A stretch of DNA of 64,000 nucleotides, taken from assembly GCA_963700145.1 (NCBI GenBank), contig OY969474.1, forward strand, positions 64,001 through 128,000, written 5' to 3'. The notes beneath the pieces were generated by a model. That model saw nothing but the letters and a program-made list of their open reading frames with translations. It was not told the DNA's origin and made no database searches. The position numbers were made by a program, and so were the translations under genes. Shown here one piece after another: positions 43,936 to 53,149 of the stretch. Within the stretch, counting starts at the first letter, position 1, and the number at the start of each line of letters is the position of its first letter. The DNA comes from an uncultured Acidobacteriota bacterium (GTDB taxonomy: Bacteria > Acidobacteriota > Thermoanaerobaculia > Multivoradales > UBA5704).

Positions 43936-46794
43936 GTGAATCGCGAAGCGGTGCTGCTCGGGATCGTGCGCGAGCTGGCGGCCGAGCTGCGGCCTGGCGG
44001 GCGGCCGGCGCGGGTCCGCGGCGACGCGGTTCTCGACGCCGCGCTCGAGCGCGACCTGGGCTTCGGCAGCCTGGCGCGGGCCGAGCTGTTCCGGCGTGTG
44101 GAGCGGGCGTTCGGCGCGCGCCTGCCGGACGGGTTGCTGGCCGCCGCGGAGACGCCGCGCGACCTCCTGCACGCCCTCGCCGCCGCGGGCTCGGCGCCGG
44201 ACCCCGCGGCACTGGCCGCCGCGCCGCTCGCCGAGCCGGCGGAGGCCGCGCCCGAGTCCACGCGCACGCTCCCCGAGGTCCTCGCCTGGCACGCCGAGCG
44301 CCACCCCGAGCGCCGGCACGTCCTCTTCGAGCCGGGCGACGGCACCAGCGAGGAGCTGACCTACGGCGGGCTGCGGCGGCGGGCGCGCGGGGCGGCGGCG
44401 GCGCTGCGCGAGCAGGGGCTGGCGCCGGGCGAGACCGTTGCCCTCATGCTCCCCACCGGGCTCGAGTACTTCGCCTGTTTCCTCGGCATCCAGCTCGCCG
44501 GCGGCGTGCCGGTGCCGATCTACCCGCCGGCGCGCCCGAGCCAGCTCGAGGACCACCTGCGGCGGCAGGCCGCCATCCTGCGCACCGCCGGCTGCGTGGC
44601 GCTGGTCGCGGCGCCGGAGGTGATGCCGCTCGCCCGCCTCCTGCGCGCCATGCTGCCGGCATTGCGCGAGGTCGTCACGCCTGCCCGGTTGGCGGCGGCG
44701 GGCGACGCGGCGGCCGCGGCGCCGCTGCCACCGGTCGCCGAGGGCGACGTCGCCTTCCTGCAGTTCACCTCGGGCTCGACCGGCGATCCCAAGGGCGTCG
44801 TCCTGACGCATGCCAACCTGCTCGCCAACCTGCGGGCGATCGGCCAGGGGATCGAGCTGCTGCCCGAGGACGTGGTCGTGAGCTGGCTGCCGCTCTACCA
44901 CGACATGGGGCTGATCGGCACCTGGATGGGGAGCCTCTACTACGGCCTGCCGCTGGTGCTGCTGCCGCCGACCTCGTTCCTGGCGCGGCCGGTGCGCTGG
45001 CTGCAAGCCATCTCGCGCCACCGCGCCACTCTCTCGGCGGCGCCCAACTTCGCCTACGAGCTGTGCGTGCGCAAGGTCGACGACGGCGAGCTCGCCGGGC
45101 TCGACCTCGCCTGCTGGCGGCTGGCGCTCAACGGCGCCGAGCCGGTGAGCCCGGAGACGCTGCGCCGCTTCGCCGAGCGCTTCGCGCCGCTCGGCTTCCG
45201 CGAGACGGCGATGAAGGCGGTCTACGGCCTCGCCGAGTGCTCGCTCGCGCTCTGCTTCCCGGCCGCCGGCGCGCCGCGGATCGACGCCGTCGCCCGCGCG
45301 CCCTTCGCGCGCGACGGCCGCGCCCTGCCGGCGGCCGCCGGCGACCCGCGCCCGCTGCGCTTCGTCTCCTGCGGCGTGCCGCTTCCCGGCCACGAGGTGC
45401 GCATCGTCGGCGAGGAAGGCCGGGAGCTGCCGGAGCGGCGGGAGGGGCGGCTGGAGTTCCGCGCCCCGTCGGCGACGAGCGGCTACTTCGGCAACCCGGC
45501 GGCCACGGCGCGCCTGCTGCGCGGCGGCGGCTGGCTCGACTCGGGGGACCTCGCCTACGTCGCCGGCGGCGAGGTCTTCGTCACCGGCCGGGTCAAGGAC
45601 GTCATCCTGATCGCCGGGCGCAACCTCTACCCGCAGGAGCTGGAGGAGGCGGTGGGGGAGCTGCCCGGCGCGCGCAAGGGGTGCGTGGCGGCGTTCGGAC
45701 GGCCCGACCCGGCGGCCGGCACGGAGCAGCTCGTCGTGGTCGCCGAGACCGGCGAGAGCGCGGAGCCGGCGCGCGAGCGGCTGCGCGAGGCGATCCGCCG
45801 GACGACGGTGGACCTCCTCGGCACGCCGCCGGACGACGTGGTGCTGGCGCCGCCGGGCACCGTGCCCAAGACCTCCAGCGGCAAGCTCCGCCGCGCGGCG
45901 GCGCGCGAGCTCTACCTGCGCGGTCGGCTCGGCCGGCGGCGCGCGGCGCCGGCGGTGCAGCTCGCGCAGCTCGCCTGGAGCGGTGCCGGGCCGCAGCTCG
46001 CGCGCTGGCGGCGGCGGGCGGGCGAGAGCCTCTACGCCGCCTGGGCCTGGCTCCTCTTCGGCCTCTTCGCGGCGCCGGCGTTCCTCGGCGTCTGTTTGCT
46101 GCCGCGCCTCTCCTGGCGGCGCCGCTTCGCGCGCCGGGCGGGGCGGCTCATGGCCCGCCTCGCCGGCATCCGGCTTGCCGTCCGCGGCCTCGAGCACCTG
46201 GCCGAAGCGCGCCCGCGCATCGTCGTCGCCAACCACCAGAGCACCCTCGACGCCTACGTCCTGACCGCCGCGCTGCCGCCCGACCTCGCCTTCGTCGCCA
46301 AGCGCGAGCTGGCGGGGAACCCCTTCGCGCGCGTCTTCCTGGCGCGGCTGGGGACCTTTCTCGTCGAGCGCTTCGATCCGCAGCAGGGCTCGGCGGACGC
46401 CGGCCGCGCCCTCGCCGCGGTGCGCGCCGGCGAGTCGCTCCTCTTCTTCGCCGAGGGGACCTTCGGCCGCGCCCCGGGGCTGCTGCCGTTTCAGCTCGGC
46501 GCCTTCGTCGCCGCGGCGGAGGCGGGAGTGCCGGTCGTGCCGGTCGTCGTGCGCGGCACGCGGTCGCTCCTGCGCGGCGAGGAGTGGTTCCCGCGCCGCG
46601 GCGCGGCGGAGGTGATCGTGCGGCCGCCGATCGCGCCGGCCGGCGCCGGCTGGGGCGCCGCGCTGGCGCTGCGCGACGCGGTGCGCGCCGAGGTCCTGGC
46701 GGCCTGCGGCGAGCCCGACCTCGCGGCCGGCGCGAAGGCCTTCGCGCCCGAGCCGCCGCCCGGGCGTTTGACCGCCCGCGCGGCCGGCCGCTAG
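43936..46794 (+). CDS. ACP - fatty acyl-AMP ligase - PlsC acyltransferase fusion
   Basis: ACP (DLGFGSLARAEL), FLQFTSGSTGDPKGV, SWLPLYHDMGLIG, YGLAE, PKTSSGKLRR, acyltransferase NHQSTLD and FAEGT. Confidence 0.9.
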   Translation: MNREAVLLGIVRELAAELRPGGRPARVRGDAVLDAALERDLGFGSLARAELFRRVERAFGARLPDGLLAAAETPRDLLHALAAAGSAPDPAALAAAPLAEPAEAAPESTRTLPEVLAWHAERHPERRHVLFEPGDGTSEELTYGGLRRRARGAAAALREQGLAPGETVALMLPTGLEYFACFLGIQLAGGVPVPIYPPARPSQLEDHLRRQAAILRTAGCVALVAAPEVMPLARLLRAMLPALREVVTPARLAAAGDAAAAAPLPPVAEGDVAFLQFTSGSTGDPKGVVLTHANLLANLRAIGQGIELLPEDVVVSWLPLYHDMGLIGTWMGSLYYGLPLVLLPPTSFLARPVRWLQAISRHRATLSAAPNFAYELCVRKVDDGELAGLDLACWRLALNGAEPVSPETLRRFAERFAPLGFRETAMKAVYGLAECSLALCFPAAGAPRIDAVARAPFARDGRALPAAAGDPRPLRFVSCGVPLPGHEVRIVGEEGRELPERREGRLEFRAPSATSGYFGNPAATARLLRGGGWLDSGDLAYVAGGEVFVTGRVKDVILIAGRNLYPQELEEAVGELPGARKGCVAAFGRPDPAAGTEQLVVVAETGESAEPARERLREAIRRTTVDLLGTPPDDVVLAPPGTVPKTSSGKLRRAAARELYLRGRLGRRRAAPAVQLAQLAWSGAGPQLARWRRRAGESLYAAWAWLLFGLFAAPAFLGVCLLPRLSWRRRFARRAGRLMARLAGIRLAVRGLEHLAEARPRIVVANHQSTLDAYVLTAALPPDLAFVAKRELAGNPFARVFLARLGTFLVERFDPQQGSADAGRALAAVRAGESLLFFAEGTFGRAPGLLPFQLGAFVAAAEAGVPVVPVVVRGTRSLLRGEEWFPRRGAAEVIVRPPIAPAGAGWGAALALRDAVRAEVLAACGEPDLAAGAKAFAPEPPPGRLTARAAGR

Positions 46795-46828
46795 GATCGA
46801 TCGAAACGACTCGACAAACCGAGGCCTC

Positions 46829-48832
46829 ATGGCGAAGGACAAGAGCGACGCCGGCGCCGCGCCCCAGCTCACCCGCGGGCTGCTGGAGCAGCTCATGCTC
46901 GGCACCGGCCGGGTGCGGCGCTTCACCCAGGACACCCCCGTCCTGCCCGACGTCTGGCTGGAGTACGCCAAGGGACCGGACGATCCGACGCGGCGCACCG
47001 GCGGGGGAGCCGGCGAGGACCCCTACCCGGCCGTCAAGCTGCTGCTGACGCCGTACCGCGAGAACCTGAGCGGCGACGTGCGGAAGGCCCTGTGGGAGCG
47101 GCTGGGCGAGCAGCGCAAGCGCCCCGAGTGGCGGCGCTTCGGCCACGACCCCAAGAAGCCGCCGCGACTGGTCTACAACCAATCCACGGTGGCGGCGACC
47201 CTCTACTTCGAGGACCTCATCCGGGTCGTCCTGCCGATGACCGACTGGTGGGCGAAGCTGGTCAAGCGCCTGGACTTCGCGCGCCTCCAGCTCGCGCCGG
47301 TGCAGAAGGGCCTCGCGCAGGCGGTCCGCGACCCCGAGCACCCGCCGCTGCTGGAGCAGCGCCGCCTGCCGCCCGACCTGCTGTGGATGGTGCGGGTGGT
47401 GGGCGCCCTGGCGCTCGTCCACCGCGGCGAGCCGCTGCCGGCGAGCTTCGCCCCTGACCGCGGCGGCGTCGCCAATGCCAAGCCCGCCGACTGGGAGAAG
47501 CTGGTGGCGGCGGTCGCCGACCTCATCCACGACCTCGATCCCGCCCCGCCGGACGCGCGCATCTACTCGGTCAGCCTCAACCGCGAGGCCGCGCCGACCG
47601 TCGCCCGCTCCGTGCTGTCGATCAAGGCCGATGCGGCGCGGCTGCTCTTCAACATCTCCTGCCGCAGCCTCGCCTGGGCGGTCATCGACAGCGGCATCGA
47701 CGCCACGCACCCCGCCTTCCGCCAGCGTCAGGAAGGCAAGGACGGCGGGCTCTACAAGACGCCGTTCCCGGTGGAGGACAAGAAGCCCGCCAACCGCACG
47801 CGCGTCCACGCGACCTACGACTTCTCGCAGATCGACCTCCTCCTCGACCCCGACAGCGACGACCAGCCCGAGGCGCTGATGAAGCTGAAGGAGGGGAAGT
47901 CGACGGCGGCGGCGAAGCAGCTCGACGCGCAGCTCGCGGACCTCAACAGCGAGCTCCGCGCCGGCCGCACCATCGACTGGAAGCTCATCGCCGAGCTGCT
48001 GCGCGTGCCGCACGAAAAGGGCAAGTACCGGCCGCCGGTCAACGACCACGGCACGCACGTGGCGGGGATCCTCGCCGGCGACTGGCGGAAGGCCGAGTCG
48101 AACGGCGCGCTGGAAGACGACCTCGTCGGCGTTTGCCCCGACCTCCGTCTCTACGACCTGCGAGTCCTCGACGACGAGGGGCGCGGCGACGAGTTCGCGG
48201 TGATGGCGGCGCTGCAGTTCGTCCGCTACCTCAACTCCACCAACGACTACACCGCCGTTCACGGCGTCAACCTGAGTCTCTCGATCCCGCACGACGTCTC
48301 CAACTACGCCTGCGGCCGCACGCCGGTCTGCGACGAGGCCGAGCGCGTGGTCTCCTCCGGCGTCGTGGTGGTCGCCGCGGCGGGGAACCAGGGCTATCGG
48401 CGCTACTCGACGCCCGAAGGCGTGAGCGTCGACATGTACAACACCATCAGCATCACCGACCCGGCCAACGCCGAGCTGGTGATCACCGTCGGCGCCACCC
48501 ACCGCTACCGGCCGCACACTTACGGGGTCAGCTACTTCTCCAGCCGCGGGCCGACCGGCGACGGGCGCCTGAAGCCCGACCTGGTGGCGCCGGGGGAGAA
48601 GATCACCGGCCCGCTGCCCGGCGAGCTCTTCGGGCTCAAGGACGGGACGAGCATGGCGGCGCCGCACGTCAGCGGCGCGGCGGCCCTGCTCATGGCGCGC
48701 CACAACGAGCTGGTCGGCCGTCCCGCCCGCATCAAGCAGATCCTCTGCGCCACCGCCACCGACCTGGGGCGCGAGCGCTACTTCCAGGGCGCCGGGATGC
48801 TCGACGTCCTGCGCTCGCTGCAATCAGTCTGA
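46829..48832 (+). CDS. Cytoplasmic S8 (subtilisin-like) serine protease
   Basis: Catalytic triad VIDSGID / HGTHVAG / GTSMAAPHV, oxyanion AAAGN; no signal peptide; long unknown N-terminal region. Confidence 0.9.
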   Translation: MAKDKSDAGAAPQLTRGLLEQLMLGTGRVRRFTQDTPVLPDVWLEYAKGPDDPTRRTGGGAGEDPYPAVKLLLTPYRENLSGDVRKALWERLGEQRKRPEWRRFGHDPKKPPRLVYNQSTVAATLYFEDLIRVVLPMTDWWAKLVKRLDFARLQLAPVQKGLAQAVRDPEHPPLLEQRRLPPDLLWMVRVVGALALVHRGEPLPASFAPDRGGVANAKPADWEKLVAAVADLIHDLDPAPPDARIYSVSLNREAAPTVARSVLSIKADAARLLFNISCRSLAWAVIDSGIDATHPAFRQRQEGKDGGLYKTPFPVEDKKPANRTRVHATYDFSQIDLLLDPDSDDQPEALMKLKEGKSTAAAKQLDAQLADLNSELRAGRTIDWKLIAELLRVPHEKGKYRPPVNDHGTHVAGILAGDWRKAESNGALEDDLVGVCPDLRLYDLRVLDDEGRGDEFAVMAALQFVRYLNSTNDYTAVHGVNLSLSIPHDVSNYACGRTPVCDEAERVVSSGVVVVAAAGNQGYRRYSTPEGVSVDMYNTISITDPANAELVITVGATHRYRPHTYGVSYFSSRGPTGDGRLKPDLVAPGEKITGPLPGELFGLKDGTSMAAPHVSGAAALLMARHNELVGRPARIKQILCATATDLGRERYFQGAGMLDVLRSLQSV

Positions 48833-48845
48833 AGGAGGAGCCGCG

Positions 48846-49994
48846 ATGCTGGTCCTCGAAGCGCTGCGCGCCAAGTACGGCGACGCCCTGCTGCTCCACT
48901 CCGGCGACGAAGACGACCCGCAGCTCGTCGTCATCGACGGCGGCCCGCCCGGGGTCTACAACGACGCCCTCAAGCCGCGGCTGGAAGAGCTGCGCGCAGA
49001 GCGCGGGCTGGAGGAGGGGACGCCGCTCGACGTCGCCCTGATGATGGTCAGCCACATCGACGAGGACCACATCGCCGGCATCCTGCAGCTGGTGCGGCAG
49101 CTCAAGGACCTGGAGGACTCCGGCGAGCCGCGGCTGTGGAAGGTCCGCCGCTTCTGGCACAACTCCTTCGACGACATCATCGGCAACGACGACGTCGCGG
49201 TCGCCTCCACTGCCTCGGTGGTGAGCACGGCCTCGATCGGCGACCTGCTGCGGCCGGAGGGGTCGCTGGTGCTGGCCAGCGTCGGCCAGGGGCGCGAGCT
49301 GCGCAAGCTGCTCGACGCCTTGAGTCTCGACGGCAACCCGCCGTTCAAAGGGCTGGTGCGGGCCGGCAAGAAGGCGTTCAAGATCGGCGACCTCACGCTC
49401 ACCGTCGTGGCGCCGCTCGAGGAGGAGATCGCCGCCCTGCAGGAGGACTGGGACAAGAAGATCAAGCCGATCCTGAAGAAGGAGAAGGACGCGGCGGCGC
49501 GCGCCGAGGCCGCCGCCTACGTCGACGAGTCGGTCTACAACCTGTCGAGCATCGTCGTGCTGGTCGAGTCGCAGGGCAAGCGGCTGCTCCTGACCGGCGA
49601 CGGCCGCGGCGACCACACGCTGCGCGGCCTCGAGGAAGCGAAGCTCCTCGACAAGAAGGGCCGGATGAAGGTCGACGTCCTCAAGCTCCCGCACCACGGC
49701 AGCGTGCGCAACGTCGAGTCCGACTACTTCGAAGCGATCCGCGCCGACCACTACGTCGTCTCGGCCGACGGCAAGTTCGACAATCCCGACCTCGAGACCC
49801 TGGAGCTGATCTCCGCCGCCCGCCCGGACGACAAGTTCACCATCCACTTGACCTATCCGACCGACGAGTTCAACGTACCGAAAATCGGCAAGGCCGTCGC
49901 GAAGTTCTTCGCCAAGGAGAAGGCCGCCGGGCGCAAGTACAAGGTCAAGACGCGCGCTTCCGGCGACCTCTCCTTCCGTCTCGAGCTCGCCTAG
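48846..49994 (+). CDS. MBL-fold metallo-hydrolase (ComEC/Rec2-like)
   Basis: AKYGDALLL, VIDGG, SHIDEDHIAG, NLSSIV, LLLTGD, KLPHHGS; AAGGAGG RBS, start 13 nt after the S8 stop. Confidence 0.88.
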   Translation: MLVLEALRAKYGDALLLHSGDEDDPQLVVIDGGPPGVYNDALKPRLEELRAERGLEEGTPLDVALMMVSHIDEDHIAGILQLVRQLKDLEDSGEPRLWKVRRFWHNSFDDIIGNDDVAVASTASVVSTASIGDLLRPEGSLVLASVGQGRELRKLLDALSLDGNPPFKGLVRAGKKAFKIGDLTLTVVAPLEEEIAALQEDWDKKIKPILKKEKDAAARAEAAAYVDESVYNLSSIVVLVESQGKRLLLTGDGRGDHTLRGLEEAKLLDKKGRMKVDVLKLPHHGSVRNVESDYFEAIRADHYVVSADGKFDNPDLETLELISAARPDDKFTIHLTYPTDEFNVPKIGKAVAKFFAKEKAAGRKYKVKTRASGDLSFRLELA

Positions 49995-50052
49995 CCGGCA
50001 CGGCCGCCCGGCCTTGTAGACTCCTCGCGCTCACGCCGAGGAGGGCCCCGGA

Positions 50053-51951
50053 ATGCGCGCACGTCGTCTCCCGCTTCGCCATCTCTCTCTCGCTGCCGCG
50101 GCGGCGGCGCTCCTGCTCGCCGTCCTCGCCGGTCGCCCCGGGGCGGCGCGCACCGCCAAGCCGGTGCTCCACGCCCGGCACTGGCTGGCGATCACCGGGA
50201 AGCCCTTGGCCGCCACCGCCGGCGCGATGACCTTCCAGAAGGGCGGCAACGCCGTCGACGCCGCCTGCGCCATGCTCGCCGCGACCTGCACCATGTGGGA
50301 CACCCTGGGCTGGGGGGGCGAGACGCAGGCGCTGATCTGGAACCCCGAGACGCGCAAGGTCATCGGCGTCAACGCCCTCGGCGTGGCGCCGACCGGCGCC
50401 ACGCCCGAGTACTTCCGCGCCAAGCAGATGCCCTACCCGCCAGAGTTCGGGCCGCTCGCCGCGGTCACTCCCGGCACGCCGGGCGGGCTCCTCGTCATGC
50501 TCGCCGAGTACGGCCGCCTGTCGCTCGCCGAGGTGCTCGCCCCCGCCCTGCAGCTCGCCGACGGCTACCCGATCGAGCAGCAGCTCGCCGACCGCATCGA
50601 GCGCGACAAGGCACGCCTCAAGGAGTGGCCGTACTCGCGCACGACGCTGCTGCCGCACCTCGGCGAGCCGCGCGAGGCGCCGCGCGCCGGCGAGGTCTTC
50701 AAGCAGCCGGAGCTCGCCGCCACGCTGCGCAAGCTGATCGAGGCCGAGCGCCAGGCCCTCGCCGCCGGCAAGTCGCGCAAGGAAGCGATCCAGGCCGCCT
50801 ACGACCGCTTCTACAAGGGCGACATCGCCGCCGAGCTGGCGCGCGGCGCGCAGGAGCAGGGCGGCCTCATCACGGCCGAGGACCTGGCGCGCTGGGAGGT
50901 CAAGCTGGAGGAGCCGGTCAAGACGACCTACAAGGGCGTCGAGGTCTACAAGCTCACCACCTGGACGCAGGGGCCGGCGCTGCTCCAGGCGCTCAACCTC
51001 CTCGAGCCGCTCGACCTGCGCGGCATGGGCCTCAACAGCGCGCGCTACGTCCACACGCTCTACCAGGCGATGAGCCTGGCCTTCGCCGACCGCGACTTCT
51101 ACTACGGCGACCCCTACGCGCCGCCGGAGGAGCCGGTGCGCGGGCTGCTGTCGAAGGAGTACGCGGCGGCGCGGCGGCAGACCATCGACTGGGAGAAGAA
51201 CGACCCGGCGATCGGCCCGGGCGATCCCTACCCGTTCGAGGGGAAGGCGGCGAATCCCTACCGCGAGCTGCTGGAGCGGTGGGGGAGGCCGCGCGGCGGG
51301 GAGGAGTGGACGCAGCCCGTCCAGGGCGCGGCGCTACGCGACGCGCGGCGCGCCGACGAGGCCTTCCGCGCCGGCACCACCTCGGTCGTCGCCGCGGATG
51401 CCGAGGGTTGGGTGGTGTCGATGACGCCTTCCGGTGGCTGGATCCCGGCCACCATCGCCGGCAAGACCGGCGTCGGTCTCTCGCAGCGCATGCAGAGCTT
51501 CGTCCTCGACCCGGCGGAGAACCCGTTCAACGTCCTCGCCCCGGGCCGGCGGCCGCGCGTCACGCTGACGCCGACCCTGGCGCTCAAGGACGGCCGCCCC
51601 TGGCTGGCTTTCGCCGTCCAGGGAGGCGACACCCAAGACCAGAACCTCCTGCAGTTCTTCCTCGACGTCGTCGAGTTCGGCATGAACGTGCAGGAGGCGG
51701 CCGAGGGGCCCAACATCACCAGCTACCAGATGCGCAGCTCCTTCGGCGACCACGCGGTGCAGCCCGGGCGGCTGACCGTCCACGCCAGCACGCCTCCCTG
51801 GGTGCGCGACCAGCTGGCGCAGATGGGCTACGCGGTCGAGGTCGAGGAGCGCACGTCGGGGCCGATCAACGCCATCCTCCTCGACCACGCCCACGGCACG
51901 ATGTGGGGCGGCTCCAGCGACCACGGCGAGGACTACGGGATCGGCTGGTAG
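50053..51951 (+). CDS. ggt: Gamma-glutamyltransferase family protein
   Basis: GGNAVDAACA, LAEVLAPALQLADG, AFADRDFYYGDP, GTTSVVAAD nucleophile Thr, GGDTQDQ. Confidence 0.9.
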   Translation: MRARRLPLRHLSLAAAAAALLLAVLAGRPGAARTAKPVLHARHWLAITGKPLAATAGAMTFQKGGNAVDAACAMLAATCTMWDTLGWGGETQALIWNPETRKVIGVNALGVAPTGATPEYFRAKQMPYPPEFGPLAAVTPGTPGGLLVMLAEYGRLSLAEVLAPALQLADGYPIEQQLADRIERDKARLKEWPYSRTTLLPHLGEPREAPRAGEVFKQPELAATLRKLIEAERQALAAGKSRKEAIQAAYDRFYKGDIAAELARGAQEQGGLITAEDLARWEVKLEEPVKTTYKGVEVYKLTTWTQGPALLQALNLLEPLDLRGMGLNSARYVHTLYQAMSLAFADRDFYYGDPYAPPEEPVRGLLSKEYAAARRQTIDWEKNDPAIGPGDPYPFEGKAANPYRELLERWGRPRGGEEWTQPVQGAALRDARRADEAFRAGTTSVVAADAEGWVVSMTPSGGWIPATIAGKTGVGLSQRMQSFVLDPAENPFNVLAPGRRPRVTLTPTLALKDGRPWLAFAVQGGDTQDQNLLQFFLDVVEFGMNVQEAAEGPNITSYQMRSSFGDHAVQPGRLTVHASTPPWVRDQLAQMGYAVEVEERTSGPINAILLDHAHGTMWGGSSDHGEDYGIGW

Positions 51952-53102
51952 GCGCGCGCGCGGGCGCCGCGCCACTGCCCGATCCGGATCACCACGAACT
52001 CGGCGGGGCGCGTCGGCGCGAAGCCGATCTCGATGTTGACGACGCCGCGGTCGATCTCCTCCTGCGTCATCGTGTCCCTGCCGCAGCGGGCGTAGTACGC
52101 CTCGCCCGGCGTGCTCCCCTGGAAGGCGCCCTGGCGGAAGAGGTCGTGCAGGAACTCGCCGGCGCGGCGCCGCACCTCGTCCCAGAGCGGCTCGGCGTTG
52201 GGCTCGAAGACCGCCCACTGGGTGCCGCGGCAGATACTCTCTTCGAGGTAGAGAGCGAAGCGGCGCACCGGGACGTACTTCCACTCCGACCCCTGCGCGT
52301 CGGTGCCGGCCAGGGTGCGCGCCCCCCAGGCGACGGTGCCGTGGTCGAGGACGGTGCGCAGGCCGTTGACGCCCAGCGCGGCGAGCGTCGCGCCGTCGCG
52401 CTCGGTCAGCGCGTGGGCCGGCTCCTCGCCGCCGCGCAGCGGCAGGGCGGTGCCGCCCGGCGCCTTCCAGGCGCCGCGCACGACGTCGCTGCGGGCGTAG
52501 AGCCCCGCCAGCGCGCCGCTCGCGGCGACGTCGCGCGGCCGGCCCGGGACGCGCAGCCGCGGGAAGTAGACCGCGGCGTTGCGGTGGCGCAGGGCCTCGT
52601 TCTCGGCGACCCAGGCCTGCATGGCGGCGGCGTCGCGGACGCTCTCGGGGATGTCGACCAGGAGGAAAGCGCGGCGCTCCTCGCAGTAGGCCGCGGCGGC
52701 GGTGTAGACGGCGCGCATCTCCGCGGGGGGGAGGTCCGCCGCTTCCGGCAGGCAGAGGACGTTGAAGAGATCGACGCTGTAGAGCGCGAAGAGCCCCGTC
52801 CCGTCGGCGCGGGTGCCGGACAGCGCCGCGGCGGTGGCCGCGGCGACGCGCACGACATAGGCGGCCGTGCCGCCGTTGAGGAAGAACCGGCGGACGGCGT
52901 CGCACACCAAGCACGCCTCGTCGGGGTCGCCGAAGACGCGCACGAAGTCGGCGAGGCTCAGGACCTGGACGGGCCGGTCGAGCGGCCCCTGCGGGAAGGT
53001 GCCGACGAAGGCGGCGACGGAGGTGGCGACGCCTTCGATCGTGCGCACACCGGTGGCGACCTCCTCGAGGAAGACGCCTGGGTAGATCGGTGTGCCGGGC
53101 AT
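51933..53102 (-). CDS. Phage tail sheath / contractile injection system sheath protein (orphan)
   Basis: YPGVFLEEV..RTIEGVATSVAAFVG, AAVYFPRL, GAWKAPG, WGARTL, WKYVPVRR, WAVFEPN, IGFAPTRPAEFV. Confidence 0.92.
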   Translation of the reverse strand: MPGTPIYPGVFLEEVATGVRTIEGVATSVAAFVGTFPQGPLDRPVQVLSLADFVRVFGDPDEACLVCDAVRRFFLNGGTAAYVVRVAAATAAALSGTRADGTGLFALYSVDLFNVLCLPEAADLPPAEMRAVYTAAAAYCEERRAFLLVDIPESVRDAAAMQAWVAENEALRHRNAAVYFPRLRVPGRPRDVAASGALAGLYARSDVVRGAWKAPGGTALPLRGGEEPAHALTERDGATLAALGVNGLRTVLDHGTVAWGARTLAGTDAQGSEWKYVPVRRFALYLEESICRGTQWAVFEPNAEPLWDEVRRRAGEFLHDLFRQGAFQGSTPGEAYYARCGRDTMTQEEIDRGVVNIEIGFAPTRPAEFVVIRIGQWRGARARAYQPIP

Positions 53103-53149
53103 GGGAAGGGCGGGGCGGCCGCGGCCGGCCCCGCCGGCGGGCGACTATT

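Noticed and set aside
42525-46794. Single biosynthetic cluster joining the prenyltransferase with the ACP-FAAL-acyltransferase
   Set aside because: The genes are divergently transcribed, and the fusion is a widespread stand-alone lipid enzyme; a shared promoter region cannot be excluded but nothing supports it.
51933-53102. Prophage
   Set aside because: No other phage structural, integrase or replication genes nearby.
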